Source: Actinomycetota bacterium (GTDB lineage Bacteria; Actinomycetota; Actinomycetes; Nanopelagicales; Nanopelagicaceae). From it: a stretch of 64,000 bases of DNA. Of the stretch, positions 1 to 9,586 are shown piece by piece. The notes under the pieces were generated by a model. It worked only from the letters and a program-made list of their open reading frames with translations. It did no database searches and was not told the DNA's origin. The stretch lies in NCBI GenBank assembly GCA_947451045.1, contig CANFXM010000001.1, positions 5,793 to 69,792 of the forward strand. Direction: 5' to 3'. How positions within the stretch are numbered: the first letter of the stretch is position 1; every line of letters starts with the position of its first letter. The position numbers and the translations under genes were made by a program.

Positions 1-265
1 AAAAATAATGCTCAAGCTAACTTTGCCAGAGACAGCTGGTTTCTATTCTCATCTTGTCGATGATCACCGAATCATCAGAATTGTCGCACTCTCAGGTGGT
101 TACTCTCGGGATAAAGCAAATTCATTACTTGTCAAGAATCCAAGGCTCATCGCGAGTTTTTCTCGAGCTCTTACCGAGGGGCTTACTGCGCAACAGAGCG
201 AGAAGGAATTCGATCTGCTTTTGAACTCCTCGATTCAATCTATTTATGAGGCTTCAATAAAGTGA
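1..265 (+). CDS. fda: Fructose-bisphosphate aldolase class I (bacterial type), 3' part only; 5' end lies outside the window
   Basis: C-terminal motifs KLTLP...VALSGGYSR...ASFSRAL...SIYEAS typical of bacterial class I FBA; the frame is open to the window edge. Confidence 0.85.
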   Translation, partial: KIMLKLTLPETAGFYSHLVDDHRIIRIVALSGGYSRDKANSLLVKNPRLIASFSRALTEGLTAQQSEKEFDLLLNSSIQSIYEASIK

Positions 266-308
266 GCCCCTTATATGAAATATAAAATAAACCTATTACA
301 GTTGCACA

Positions 309-1361
309 ATGGCCATGTTTTCAGATCTTGTAAAGAATTTCTCTGAGTCCGACTTTCCAAAAGCCCGCCCCTTAGATCCCGCCTCAGTTCCATCGCTTCG
401 CTGGGGAATTGTCGGAGCCGGTGATATCGCAGATGTCTTCATCAATACTCTCAAGAAACATACGAAGCAACAAGTTGTTGGAATTGCTTCTAAGACTCCT
501 GGAAAAGCCGCAGCCCTTGCTGCAAAACATGGCGTTGATAAGACATATGACTCGTATGAGCAACTTTGTGCGCAAAAAGATGTTGATGTTATTTACATTG
601 CAACTTTGCCAAATACTCACCTTGCAGATTCCCTGATTGCTATCAATGCCGGCAAACATCTACTCATTGAAAAGCCTTCAACAATTAGTAAGGCAGATTC
701 AAAGACTCTGTATGAGGCTGCAAAGAAAGCTAATGTTTTTGCAATGGAGGCGATGTGGTCTCGTTATTTGCCACAGGCAGACATGATGCGCCAAATGTTA
801 GATCGCGGTTTGCTTGGGAAAATCGAATTGATTCAGGCTGACTTTGGACAAGATGCTCGCGATGTTGCGCGTTTATGGCTACCGGGTGCAAGCATTGTTC
901 AAGATATGGGCATCTATCCCATTGCATTTACAGAATCCATTCTCGGATTACCAAAAAAGATTACTGCGACAGGTCAATTACATAGTCCACATTCAGAGGC
1001 AATGGCATCTGCAGTATTTGAATATGAATCAGGTGCTCGCGCAGTAATCACCACAACTGGTTATAGCCATGTACCAACACGTGCATCCGTATCTGGAACT
1101 GAAGGTGTTCTACTCGTTGATTCGCCATTTTTCACACCATCAGGACTTGGCCTACGCGAAGCAGTATTCAATGGCAAAGGTCCTAACTGGAAAGATGAAA
1201 CTGGTGTTGTTGGCCATGAAGGTTTGGCATATCAAGCAAATTACTTATCAAAGTATGTTTCAGAAGGTTTGCTTGAATCTCCATTACATACACACGAGCA
1301 AACAGTTGAAATTATTGGAATAGGTGAAGAGATTCGCAGACAAATAGGAGTTCAACTCTAA
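309..1361 (+). CDS. Gfo/Idh/MocA family oxidoreductase (sugar or dihydrodiol dehydrogenase-like)
   Basis: LRWGIVGAG Rossmann start, YIAT..H, GKHLLIEKP and EAMW motifs, DMGIYP. Confidence 0.88.
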   Translation: MAMFSDLVKNFSESDFPKARPLDPASVPSLRWGIVGAGDIADVFINTLKKHTKQQVVGIASKTPGKAAALAAKHGVDKTYDSYEQLCAQKDVDVIYIATLPNTHLADSLIAINAGKHLLIEKPSTISKADSKTLYEAAKKANVFAMEAMWSRYLPQADMMRQMLDRGLLGKIELIQADFGQDARDVARLWLPGASIVQDMGIYPIAFTESILGLPKKITATGQLHSPHSEAMASAVFEYESGARAVITTTGYSHVPTRASVSGTEGVLLVDSPFFTPSGLGLREAVFNGKGPNWKDETGVVGHEGLAYQANYLSKYVSEGLLESPLHTHEQTVEIIGIGEEIRRQIGVQL

Positions 1362-1383
1362 GTAAAGGGAAGTTAGGTATTTT

Positions 1384-2493
1384 ATGAAAACTGTCGCAGC
1401 CCTTCTTATGAAAAATGGGCTTCCTATGCCCTATGCACAGTCAAAACCATTCGAACTTGTTGAAATTGATTTAGAAAAGCCCCACGAAGGCGAAGTGCTG
1501 CTGCGCATAACGGGAGCCGGTATCTGTCATTCTGATTTATCTATCGTCAACGGATCGCGTCCAAGACCTATTCCACTCATAGGCGGTCACGAAGGTGTTG
1601 GCGTCGTTGAAGAATTAGGTGCGGGAATAACCGATCTAAAAATTGGTGACACTGTTTCAATTATTTTCATGCCACCCTGTGGTCAATGTAGGCAATGTCT
1701 CCATGGAATTCCCGCATACTGTTCGGTGGGTTCAGCAGCGAACGTACGTGGCGAGATGTCGCGTGGTGGTTCGCGTATTTCATACAACGGAATGCCAATT
1801 CATCATTACAACGGTGTGTCTTGTTATAGCCAACATATGGTGCTGGATCGACGCTCACTTGTAAAAATTCCATCTGATCTACCACTTTCAAGTACGGCAA
1901 TATTTGGTTGTGCACTTCTTACTGGCATCGGTGCTGTAAGAAATGGTGCAAAGGTTCCATCAGGTGCATCCGTTGGGATTTGGGGACTCGGTGGCGTTGG
2001 GCTTGCAGCACTTATAGGTGCTGTTATTTCAAAGGCCTCCCCCATTATTGCCATAGATCCAGTTGCAATGAAACGTGAACTTGCATTGGAATTAGGTGCA
2101 GATATTGCAATTGCGCCAACTGATGATGTGCGCGAATATGTAAAAGAAGGCGTCGATTTTTCAATTGAAACAGTTGGACGCGTGGAAGCACTACAACAAG
2201 CTTATGAAATGACAGTGAGAGGCGGCGTAGTCACAACAATTGGATTGCCAGATCCTTCAGCACTTCTCGGAATTCCTGCCGCATCACTTGTAACTGAAGT
2301 AAAAACTTTGCAAGGTTCATATATGGGATCGGGTGATCCTCGAAAAGATATTCCAGATTTTGTTCAATTTTGGCGAGAAGGAAAGTTGCCAGTTGAGAAA
2401 TTAGTTTCTCTCACTCGCCCTATGAGTGAAGTAAATGAAGCCATGGACGCACTCCATGGCGGCGAAGTTGTCAGACAAGTAATTTTGCCTTAG
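1384..2493 (+). CDS. Zn-dependent alcohol dehydrogenase (MDR family)
   Basis: GICHSD, GHEG, structural Zn cysteines CGQCRQC...C, GLGGVG. Confidence 0.9.
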   Translation: MKTVAALLMKNGLPMPYAQSKPFELVEIDLEKPHEGEVLLRITGAGICHSDLSIVNGSRPRPIPLIGGHEGVGVVEELGAGITDLKIGDTVSIIFMPPCGQCRQCLHGIPAYCSVGSAANVRGEMSRGGSRISYNGMPIHHYNGVSCYSQHMVLDRRSLVKIPSDLPLSSTAIFGCALLTGIGAVRNGAKVPSGASVGIWGLGGVGLAALIGAVISKASPIIAIDPVAMKRELALELGADIAIAPTDDVREYVKEGVDFSIETVGRVEALQQAYEMTVRGGVVTTIGLPDPSALLGIPAASLVTEVKTLQGSYMGSGDPRKDIPDFVQFWREGKLPVEKLVSLTRPMSEVNEAMDALHGGEVVRQVILP

Positions 2494-3923
2494 CGCTTCC
2501 CGTCGATTCGAGCACTCTTTAATGCTTCCGAATTATCGCGCAGAGCAGTTGGGAGCGAATCAGTTGGAAAATTCTGATAAGCGATTGGTCTCCTAAATCG
2601 CAACAATGCTCGAGCGCCTACAGAAGTAAAGAGTGGATTCGTTGACGCTGGATATGGACCACCATGATGCATCGCCCATGTAACTGCAAGCCCTGTTGGC
2701 CATTGATTCCACACGATGCGTCCCGAAATATCTTCCAAGATTGGCAAAAGGTCACCGGGCAAAGTCGAATCATTTGTTTGCGCATGAATTCCACTGGCAA
2801 GGGTTCCAGAGAAGGATCGAGCAATATTTAGTAGTTCCTCTTGTGAATCGCAATCAATAACAACTGCTGTTGGACCAAAGACTTCTCGCATGGCTCCCTC
2901 TTTATTTTTGAGGAAATCCCCTGCGCTAATTGTCATTACCGTTACTGAAGCATCACTTGAATCAGAATTACTCTGCGCAACTAATGTCATTCCTTGCACG
3001 GTGAGCATTTCTTCTCTAATTGAATCATGCAGTGATTGAGTTCGTTCATTGAGCATCCTCTGTGGTGATGCCGCTGCAACTAATTGCGCTAGTTCTTTAT
3101 TTATAGCATTGGCGCCTATCGCGATAAGAAATCCTGGCTTAGTACAAAATTGCCCTGCTCCTAAAGTAATTGAGCCAAGGAATCCCTCTGCGATTGCCTT
3201 TGCTCGCGCTGTGATTGCATTCTCTGTGACGAACATAGGGTTGAGACCACCAAGTTCGCCATAAAAAGGAATAGGTATTTCTCGCGCGTTAATTGCATCA
3301 AAGAGTGCGCGACCACCATGTGTGGAACCAGTAAATGCAACTGCGCGTAAATCTTTATGCTTTACCAATTCCATTCCTGCTTCAAGTCCACTTATTACCG
3401 AGATTAAACCGTCAGGTGCGCCAACTGACTTTGCTGCTTGCACCATCAGCTCACCTACCATTGAAGAAACAATGGGATGACCAGGATTAATTTTTATAAC
3501 AACGGCGCATCCAGCGGCAAGAGCTGAAGCTGTATCTCCCCCTGCTACTCCAAAAGCAAATGGAAAATTACTTGCACCAAATATTCCAACAACGCCCAAT
3601 GGCATCGCGATAGAACGAAGTTCTGGTCGTGGTGGTGTCAGAGTTGAATTTTCTTTATCAATGACAATATCTAAATATGTAGGGTCGGCTACAGCTTGTG
3701 CCATCAATCGAAATTGACCAGAGGCTCGTCCTACTTCTCCTTCTAAACGTGCTTGCGGCAAATGAGTTTCGCTCATCGCAACTGGAACTAAATCATCTTT
3801 TGCTTTATCTAGGGCATCAGCAATTGCATTGAGCAGATCAATGATTTGTAGTGGCGTCCAATTTCGATAATTATTCCAGGCAGCAAGTGCTTCACTTACT
3901 GCTTTATCGGTTGTAGATGCCAT
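2490..3923 (-). CDS. NADP-dependent aldehyde dehydrogenase, 2,5-dioxopentanoate (alpha-ketoglutaric semialdehyde) dehydrogenase-like
   Basis: FGASNFPFAF, GGDTASALAAG, FYGELGGLNP, GQFCTKPG, EVFGP, HGGPYPAST are characteristic of the KGSADH subgroup. Confidence 0.85.
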   Translation of the reverse strand: MASTTDKAVSEALAAWNNYRNWTPLQIIDLLNAIADALDKAKDDLVPVAMSETHLPQARLEGEVGRASGQFRLMAQAVADPTYLDIVIDKENSTLTPPRPELRSIAMPLGVVGIFGASNFPFAFGVAGGDTASALAAGCAVVIKINPGHPIVSSMVGELMVQAAKSVGAPDGLISVISGLEAGMELVKHKDLRAVAFTGSTHGGRALFDAINAREIPIPFYGELGGLNPMFVTENAITARAKAIAEGFLGSITLGAGQFCTKPGFLIAIGANAINKELAQLVAAASPQRMLNERTQSLHDSIREEMLTVQGMTLVAQSNSDSSDASVTVMTISAGDFLKNKEGAMREVFGPTAVVIDCDSQEELLNIARSFSGTLASGIHAQTNDSTLPGDLLPILEDISGRIVWNQWPTGLAVTWAMHHGGPYPASTNPLFTSVGARALLRFRRPIAYQNFPTDSLPTALRDNSEALKSARIDGKR

Positions 3924-4769
3924 TTATTTACTCCCTACAGAAACAACGTGATTACTCAATGTGCCTAATCCTTGAATTGAAATATCCACGATGTCACCCA
4001 CATGCAATGTGAATGAACTATCTGGAACAACGCCCGTGCCAGTGAGAACAATTGCTCCCTCTGGCATTGGTAGCGTCTTGAATAGCCACTCTACTAATTC
4101 AGGAAAATTACGTTTCATCTGTGCACTCGATGATTCGCCTACAAAAACTTCTGCACCTGCTCGCATGATGCTCACTTTGATTGGAAATACCGCTTCATCA
4201 ATTTCCCAGGCCGGAACAATGTATGGACCTAAGGCACAGGATTTTTCATAGCATTTAGCTTGCGGCAAATAGAGTGCGTTTTCACCTTCGATGGAACGTG
4301 AGCTCATGTCATTTCCAATTACATAACCAAAAATTTCACCGTGAGCATTTACTACAAGCCCTACTTCACCTTCAGGCACATCCCACCCTGAATCTGTGCG
4401 AATTCCAACAGCTTCTTTATTTCCAACAGCGCGCCATCCTGAACTCTTGAAAAATATTTCTGGTCGGGCTGCGTCATAAACGCGACTATATAAATCTGGA
4501 AGATCCGACTCTTCCATTCGTCCCACTTTGCTTCGTAGGTATGTAACTCCACATGCCCAAACTTCTTGGTTCTCATCTATTGGAGCTAAGTGCTCAAAGT
4601 GAGCGTTTGAAGAAACTTTCTTCGACGCTGCTTCAATATATTTGCGTGCCTCTACGTTATTCATTTTTAGTAACTGGCTAAGGGAGACTTCCAAAGCTGC
4701 GTTTTCTTCTCCTCGGTTGAGAATCCAACCTTCTGATTTGCTTTTATAGATGTGCACGGGAGATTTCAT
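3924..4769 (-). CDS. Fumarylacetoacetate hydrolase family protein, 2-keto-3-deoxy-pentonate dehydratase (XylX/KdaD)-like
   Basis: EVWACGVTY.RS...R.EES, YDAARPEIFFK, GNDMSSRSIEGENALYLPQAK, LTGTG. Start placed at ATG 4769 (TAAGAT 6 nt upstream); ATG 4775 is the alternative. Confidence 0.82.
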   Translation of the reverse strand: MKSPVHIYKSKSEGWILNRGEENAALEVSLSQLLKMNNVEARKYIEAASKKVSSNAHFEHLAPIDENQEVWACGVTYLRSKVGRMEESDLPDLYSRVYDAARPEIFFKSSGWRAVGNKEAVGIRTDSGWDVPEGEVGLVVNAHGEIFGYVIGNDMSSRSIEGENALYLPQAKCYEKSCALGPYIVPAWEIDEAVFPIKVSIMRAGAEVFVGESSSAQMKRNFPELVEWLFKTLPMPEGAIVLTGTGVVPDSSFTLHVGDIVDISIQGLGTLSNHVVSVGSK

Positions 4770-4818
4770 AGGCATATCTTAGTTCCAAGCTCACGATTGT
4801 AAAGAAATGAAAGTCTTG

Positions 4819-6027
4819 TCAGAGGTACTTGCCAAATAGTTTCTTGAACCCTTTAGAAATTCGCTTACTCAACTTCAGAGTCTGATCAATTGGTGAGACT
4901 TCCATAACTTTTGACTTTGCTGGTTCATCTGGCGTAATCACATCTTTGAGCGCAGGTGAGTTTTGATCCAAAGAGTCTGCAATGCGTTCAATATTTGCAA
5001 CCATAGATAGTCCGCGAACGATTTGTTCCTGGTCGGCATCTTTAGCATCTTCAATGAGCGACTCTGCAAGAGCAGCCCCTGCCTCACGGGCATCTTCTGT
5101 AGCACTCTGATTTGAATCATCGCCGCTGAAATTCTCTTCTTCAAATTTGGATGAAATAGCGAAACTGGCAGCTGAAAGAGCCACAGCTATTTTTTTCTGT
5201 GTTGATTCGGCAATTCCACCACTGACCGCTGAATCAAAGAGTGTTCGAGCAATAGTGCGCACCTGTACAACCGTATGTTCTAATGCAATTCCTCGGATAT
5301 AAACATCTTCGGCTTCATCTATTTCCGCAGTTGGAAACCATCGTGCATGGCCGCGCGCCTCAACTGATTGAGATCGCAGCGCTGGAATATCTTCAATGAG
5401 TAATCGTGCTTTAGCTAACCAATGGCCCGCCTCATCTTGCGTATAGCCAGCGGCAACTCCTTCCGACATGAGCGCAAGTAAATCTGCTGCTTTATGGCTT
5501 ACATTTGCAATTTGATCAATTGCACGACCGACTGGTGTTTTTGAATGAGAAAAGAATGAAAATATTATTGCAATTGCCGCACCAATCAATGTCGAGCCCA
5601 ATCGGTGCAGCGCAGTACTACCCGATAAGCCAGGACCTATAACAATGAGCGCGGTAACTGGAACATTCACAGATGCAACTTCTCCTAGGTGTAGTGCGCG
5701 AGCTACAACGGAGCACATAACAATTGTTATTCCGACAGCGATAAATCCAATGTTGAAAAGATGTACAGCAAGAAGTGCAACTGAAGCACCAATAGCGGTA
5801 CCTACAATTTGGCCAAATCCTTCGCGAACTGATTTGTGGAGAGATATACGAATACTCAATGAACACACGATTGCAGCAACAACTCCACCATTGCTGTTGA
5901 GCAGATCCCCTACCTGCCATGCAGTAGCACCCGCTAAAGCGGCCACGACAATTTGGCGCACCCAAACTCGTCGGTCAGCAAATAGATGAAATACTTTTGA
6001 AAAGATTTTTGGCCTCATCGTGACCAT
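4819..6027 (-). CDS. FUSC / aromatic acid exporter-like membrane protein
   Basis: Hydrophobic N-terminal half (R..Q...AA.AGA.AW, R.G..LIG) followed by a helical soluble half. Confidence 0.7.
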   Translation of the reverse strand: MVTMRPKIFSKVFHLFADRRVWVRQIVVAALAGATAWQVGDLLNSNGGVVAAIVCSLSIRISLHKSVREGFGQIVGTAIGASVALLAVHLFNIGFIAVGITIVMCSVVARALHLGEVASVNVPVTALIVIGPGLSGSTALHRLGSTLIGAAIAIIFSFFSHSKTPVGRAIDQIANVSHKAADLLALMSEGVAAGYTQDEAGHWLAKARLLIEDIPALRSQSVEARGHARWFPTAEIDEAEDVYIRGIALEHTVVQVRTIARTLFDSAVSGGIAESTQKKIAVALSAASFAISSKFEEENFSGDDSNQSATEDAREAGAALAESLIEDAKDADQEQIVRGLSMVANIERIADSLDQNSPALKDVITPDEPAKSKVMEVSPIDQTLKLSKRISKGFKKLFGKYL

Positions 6028-6088
6028 AGTTTAGTTCAATTACTCTCCTATGGCCTTAGTTGTCGTAGGGCGCTGATATTGTGACCAA

Positions 6089-6973
6089 ATGAAATCAAGC
6101 TCCAAGCCATGGTCGCCCGATGGTCCTAGCACTGTTGTATTTGGCGACAACTTCGGAGTTCTCAAGTCCATGCCTGATGCCTGCATCGATCTTATTTATA
6201 TTGATCCCCCATTCAACACTGGCAAAGTACAAAAGCGCCAAGCGATTAAAACAGTTCGAAGCGAGCAGGGCGGTCGCGTTGGTTTCAAGGGCCAGAGTTA
6301 TGAAACTGTAAAAGGAATTGTCACTTCGTATAACGATGACTTTGTTGATTACTGGGCATTTCTTGAGCCGCGTTTAGAAGAAGCTTGGCGGATTCTAAAA
6401 GCCAATGGCACTCTTTATTTACATTTGGATTTTCGTGAAGTTCACTACGCAAAAGTTTTACTTGACGCGCTCTTTGGTCGCGAATGTTTCCTCAATGAAA
6501 TCATTTGGGCCTATGACTATGGTGCACGCGCTAAGAAGAAGTGGCCCGCAAAGCATGACAACATCTTGGTTTATGTAAAAGATCCAGAGAATTACACCTT
6601 CAACAATGAAGCCGTTGATCGCGAGCCATACATGGCACCTGGCTTAGTAACTCCCGAGAAGGCTGCAAAGGGAAAGTTACCGACCGATGTTTGGTGGCAC
6701 ACCATCGTTTCCCCAACTGGAAAAGAAAAGACTGGGTATGCAACCCAAAAGCCTGAAGGTATTTTGCGTCGAGTAATTCATGCGAGCAGCAACGAAGGTG
6801 ACTGGGTAATGGATTTCTTTGCAGGTAGTGGAACCACGGCTGCCGTTGCCCACAAGTTAGGTCGAAAGTTTCTTACAATTGATCAAAACCCTGAAGCAAT
6901 TGACGTTATCAAGAACAGAATTGGCGATGGAGACCTCAACGGAACCGTTGAGTACGTCACCTTCAAGCCCTAA
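6089..6973 (+). CDS. Site-specific DNA methyltransferase, N4-C/N6-A, beta class
   Basis: Motif IV DPPF near the N-terminus, TQKPE, motif I DFFAGSGTT near the C-terminus (beta order). Confidence 0.93.
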   Translation: MKSSSKPWSPDGPSTVVFGDNFGVLKSMPDACIDLIYIDPPFNTGKVQKRQAIKTVRSEQGGRVGFKGQSYETVKGIVTSYNDDFVDYWAFLEPRLEEAWRILKANGTLYLHLDFREVHYAKVLLDALFGRECFLNEIIWAYDYGARAKKKWPAKHDNILVYVKDPENYTFNNEAVDREPYMAPGLVTPEKAAKGKLPTDVWWHTIVSPTGKEKTGYATQKPEGILRRVIHASSNEGDWVMDFFAGSGTTAAVAHKLGRKFLTIDQNPEAIDVIKNRIGDGDLNGTVEYVTFKP

Positions 6974-6990
6974 GTAAAGAGAAATAAGAG

Positions 6991-7572
6991 ATGACCACTG
7001 ATCCGCGTTTCAATGATGATGATGCCGCATCGGTGGGAAAGTTATCGCAATCACTAGTTTCTGAATATATAGATCCTGATAACGACCCGTGGGCGGGTAG
7101 TCCATTTGCTTGGATTAAGGCGCGACCTTCACGTCAAATAGGTGCAATCGGGGAAAAGCTTGTTACCAATTGGGCGCTTTCTAAAAACTTTACAGTTAGA
7201 AAATCTCCTGATTCTGATGCGGACCGAATTATTCAAGGGCATCGAGTTGAAATAAAATTTTCGACATTATGGGCTGATAACGGTTTATTTAGATTCCAAC
7301 AGATTCGTGATCAGGATTACCAATATTGCTTTTGCATGGGAGTAAGTCCATTCGATGTACATGCATGGTTTATCCCAAAATCAGAATTACTCACACCGCG
7401 ACCTGGTTTGTCTCACCAACACGGTGGTGTCGACGGAAATGACACGATGTGGTTAAGTTTTTCGCAAACAGAAGTACCAAGTTGGCTGGTACCTTTTGGT
7501 GGTCGATTGACCAAGGTGGAATCACTCATTACTGCAGCTGGCAAAGGCCAACACTTAGGTAAACCGCTATAA
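6991..7572 (+). CDS. Hypothetical protein, putative PD-(D/E)xK restriction endonuclease-like
   Basis: GE helix, then DAD...EIK spacing typical of a PD-(D/E)xK active site; lies 17 nt after the MTase on the same strand. Confidence 0.6.
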   Translation: MTTDPRFNDDDAASVGKLSQSLVSEYIDPDNDPWAGSPFAWIKARPSRQIGAIGEKLVTNWALSKNFTVRKSPDSDADRIIQGHRVEIKFSTLWADNGLFRFQQIRDQDYQYCFCMGVSPFDVHAWFIPKSELLTPRPGLSHQHGGVDGNDTMWLSFSQTEVPSWLVPFGGRLTKVESLITAAGKGQHLGKPL

Positions 7573-7611
7573 CTCCGATTTTTTTACAAACTTTCGCGTA
7601 ACGTATTGGGC

Positions 7612-8112
7612 ATGAGTGTTATAGCAAGTCTGGTAGTCGGCTCCGATGGATCTACAAGTAAAGAATCCAAATCTGCCGGAGTGAGCTCAGCTGCCGATCG
7701 TCGTGCATTTTTGGCTCGTCGTCGCGTAGTCGATTGCATCATTATCGGTGGCAATACCGCGCGTTACGAGCCATATAACCGAACTCCAGTGCCTCTGGTT
7801 GTTCTCTCACGTTCTTTAGTTAATCCAGTTTCAGGAAATCATTTAGCTCACATGTGGAATGCCTCCCCTGCAGAGGCGGTGGAACGAGCCACTAAACAAT
7901 TTGGCGAAAATATATTAATCGAAGGTGGCTATTCCATGATTTGTGAATTGCTCGATGAAAATTTACTCGATGGGATAGAACTCAGCGTTACGCCTGAATC
8001 TGGTGGCGATGGAATTATCGATTGGAAAGAACTTATTGCGCGCTTTGATACGTGTGAAATTACGGAGGATGAAGGAACGCATTTTTATCATGGGATTAAA
8101 AAGCGGAAATAA
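7612..8112 (+). CDS. RibD C-terminal / dihydrofolate reductase-fold protein
   Basis: DG....D...F...R, IIIGGNTAR, VVLSRS, ILIEGG. Start placed at ATG 7612 (ORF track starts at TTG 7606). Confidence 0.75.
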   Translation: MSVIASLVVGSDGSTSKESKSAGVSSAADRRAFLARRRVVDCIIIGGNTARYEPYNRTPVPLVVLSRSLVNPVSGNHLAHMWNASPAEAVERATKQFGENILIEGGYSMICELLDENLLDGIELSVTPESGGDGIIDWKELIARFDTCEITEDEGTHFYHGIKKRK

Positions 8113-8944
8113 TCGCAACTCCAGCTACCGCAAAAGCCACACCAACATATTGAACTTTGTGTAGACGTTCGTGCAGAAATTTGAACGCCATCACAACTGT
8201 AATAATTGGGTAGAGCGAACCTAAAACCATAGCGAGTGAAACCAAGCCTTTTGTGCAGGCGATTCCTAAAAGAAGGTTGGCTAGAAAATCTGCAGAGCCG
8301 ATAAAAAGAAGTGTTGGATATTCAATTTTGCTAAATTTTCCAAGGCTACGAAACCTTATTGCTACAGCGATAGTAAATAAGGCTGTCGTTGCTGTCGTTG
8401 CTCTCATCGTCGTCATCGTCATCAGAGCACTAGATTTTGAACCAATTGACATGAAGATAAGTGCAATTCCAAATCCCAGCATGGCTCCAAATGCAAGTAT
8501 TAACGGTTTGATGGGAAGACCTTTATTGAGTTCTGGGCCACTTGCACAAAATGCACCCATAAGCGCCATCACAACTCCAATAGTTGTGATCGTTGATAAC
8601 CGATCACCGTTATAAATGGCATAGCCCAATGGAATGATTGCGCTGAGTGCACTAATAGGAGAGACAACTCCCATGCGTCCGGTAGAAAGACCTGCATACA
8701 AACAAATCAGTCCGAGGTAACCGCTTATTCCGGCGAATATTCCTGGAATTAAATAACTTGCATGACTAATAGATGGCGCAACCCAACCATGTGAAATTAT
8801 GATGATGATAATTCCTGTAAGCAAACCTATGACTTGGCTTACTCCCAGTACTGAAATTGCTGGATGTTTCTTACTGAGTCGTCCGCCTTCAAAATCTGCG
8901 CTGCCCCATAAAACACTTGAAATGAGTGCTAATAATGTGGCCAT
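8096..8944 (-). CDS. EamA/DMT family transporter
   Basis: About 10 TM segments, WGSADFEGGRLS, GRMGVVSPIS, SLYP..T...A...LHERL. Start placed at ATG 8944 (MATLLAL). Confidence 0.88.
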   Translation of the reverse strand: MATLLALISSVLWGSADFEGGRLSKKHPAISVLGVSQVIGLLTGIIIIIISHGWVAPSISHASYLIPGIFAGISGYLGLICLYAGLSTGRMGVVSPISALSAIIPLGYAIYNGDRLSTITTIGVVMALMGAFCASGPELNKGLPIKPLILAFGAMLGFGIALIFMSIGSKSSALMTMTTMRATTATTALFTIAVAIRFRSLGKFSKIEYPTLLFIGSADFLANLLLGIACTKGLVSLAMVLGSLYPIITVVMAFKFLHERLHKVQYVGVAFAVAGVAIISAF

Positions 8945-9004
8945 CGAGTAAGAGTACAGTCGCGCCTCCCACATATAAGCCATTGCATTCTTTACATTTA
9001 GGCA

Positions 9005-9583
9005 GTGGACATAACTGAATTTAATCGCATGATTGATTTAGTGCGTACATTCACTCCGCGATCAGAAATTATTTTAGAAGAAGTTCCAGCGCCACAAAAA
9101 CTTGCAACTTACTCTTTCGCTTTCTCAGCCGATGTGAGTAACGGTTTACTTGGCGATGCTGAAGACGAAGTTGCATCTGGCCGATTTGTTTTATTACACG
9201 AACCTGGCGGGCAAGATACGTGGGATGGTGAATATCGCTGTGTCACTTTTGTGCGCGCAGATGTCGACACAATTATGCAAGAGGATCCCATGTTGCCTGA
9301 AAATGGATGGAACTGGTTTCTAGAGGCTCTTGAAAGCGCTGGATGCGAACTCACTGCTCCCAGTGGAACAGTGACTCGAGTAGCTAGTTCTTCTTTTGGA
9401 AAATTATCACCGCGCAGCGATGAGGCCGAAATAGAAATACGTGCTTCATGGACCCCACTCATTGCATCACCAGATGAAATCATGAAACACGTAACAGGTT
9501 GGTGTAATTTGATTTCAGAAATCGCAGCACTTCCACCAATTCCAGAAGGTGTCTCTGCAATTACCTCTGCTAAACGTCGATAG
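9005..9583 (+). CDS. DUF3000 family protein
   Basis: EVPAPQKLA, GRFVLLH, RASWTP; usual position upstream of the HRDC/RNase D gene in actinobacteria. Confidence 0.85.
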   Translation: MDITEFNRMIDLVRTFTPRSEIILEEVPAPQKLATYSFAFSADVSNGLLGDAEDEVASGRFVLLHEPGGQDTWDGEYRCVTFVRADVDTIMQEDPMLPENGWNWFLEALESAGCELTAPSGTVTRVASSSFGKLSPRSDEAEIEIRASWTPLIASPDEIMKHVTGWCNLISEIAALPPIPEGVSAITSAKRR

Positions 9584-9586
9584 CGC

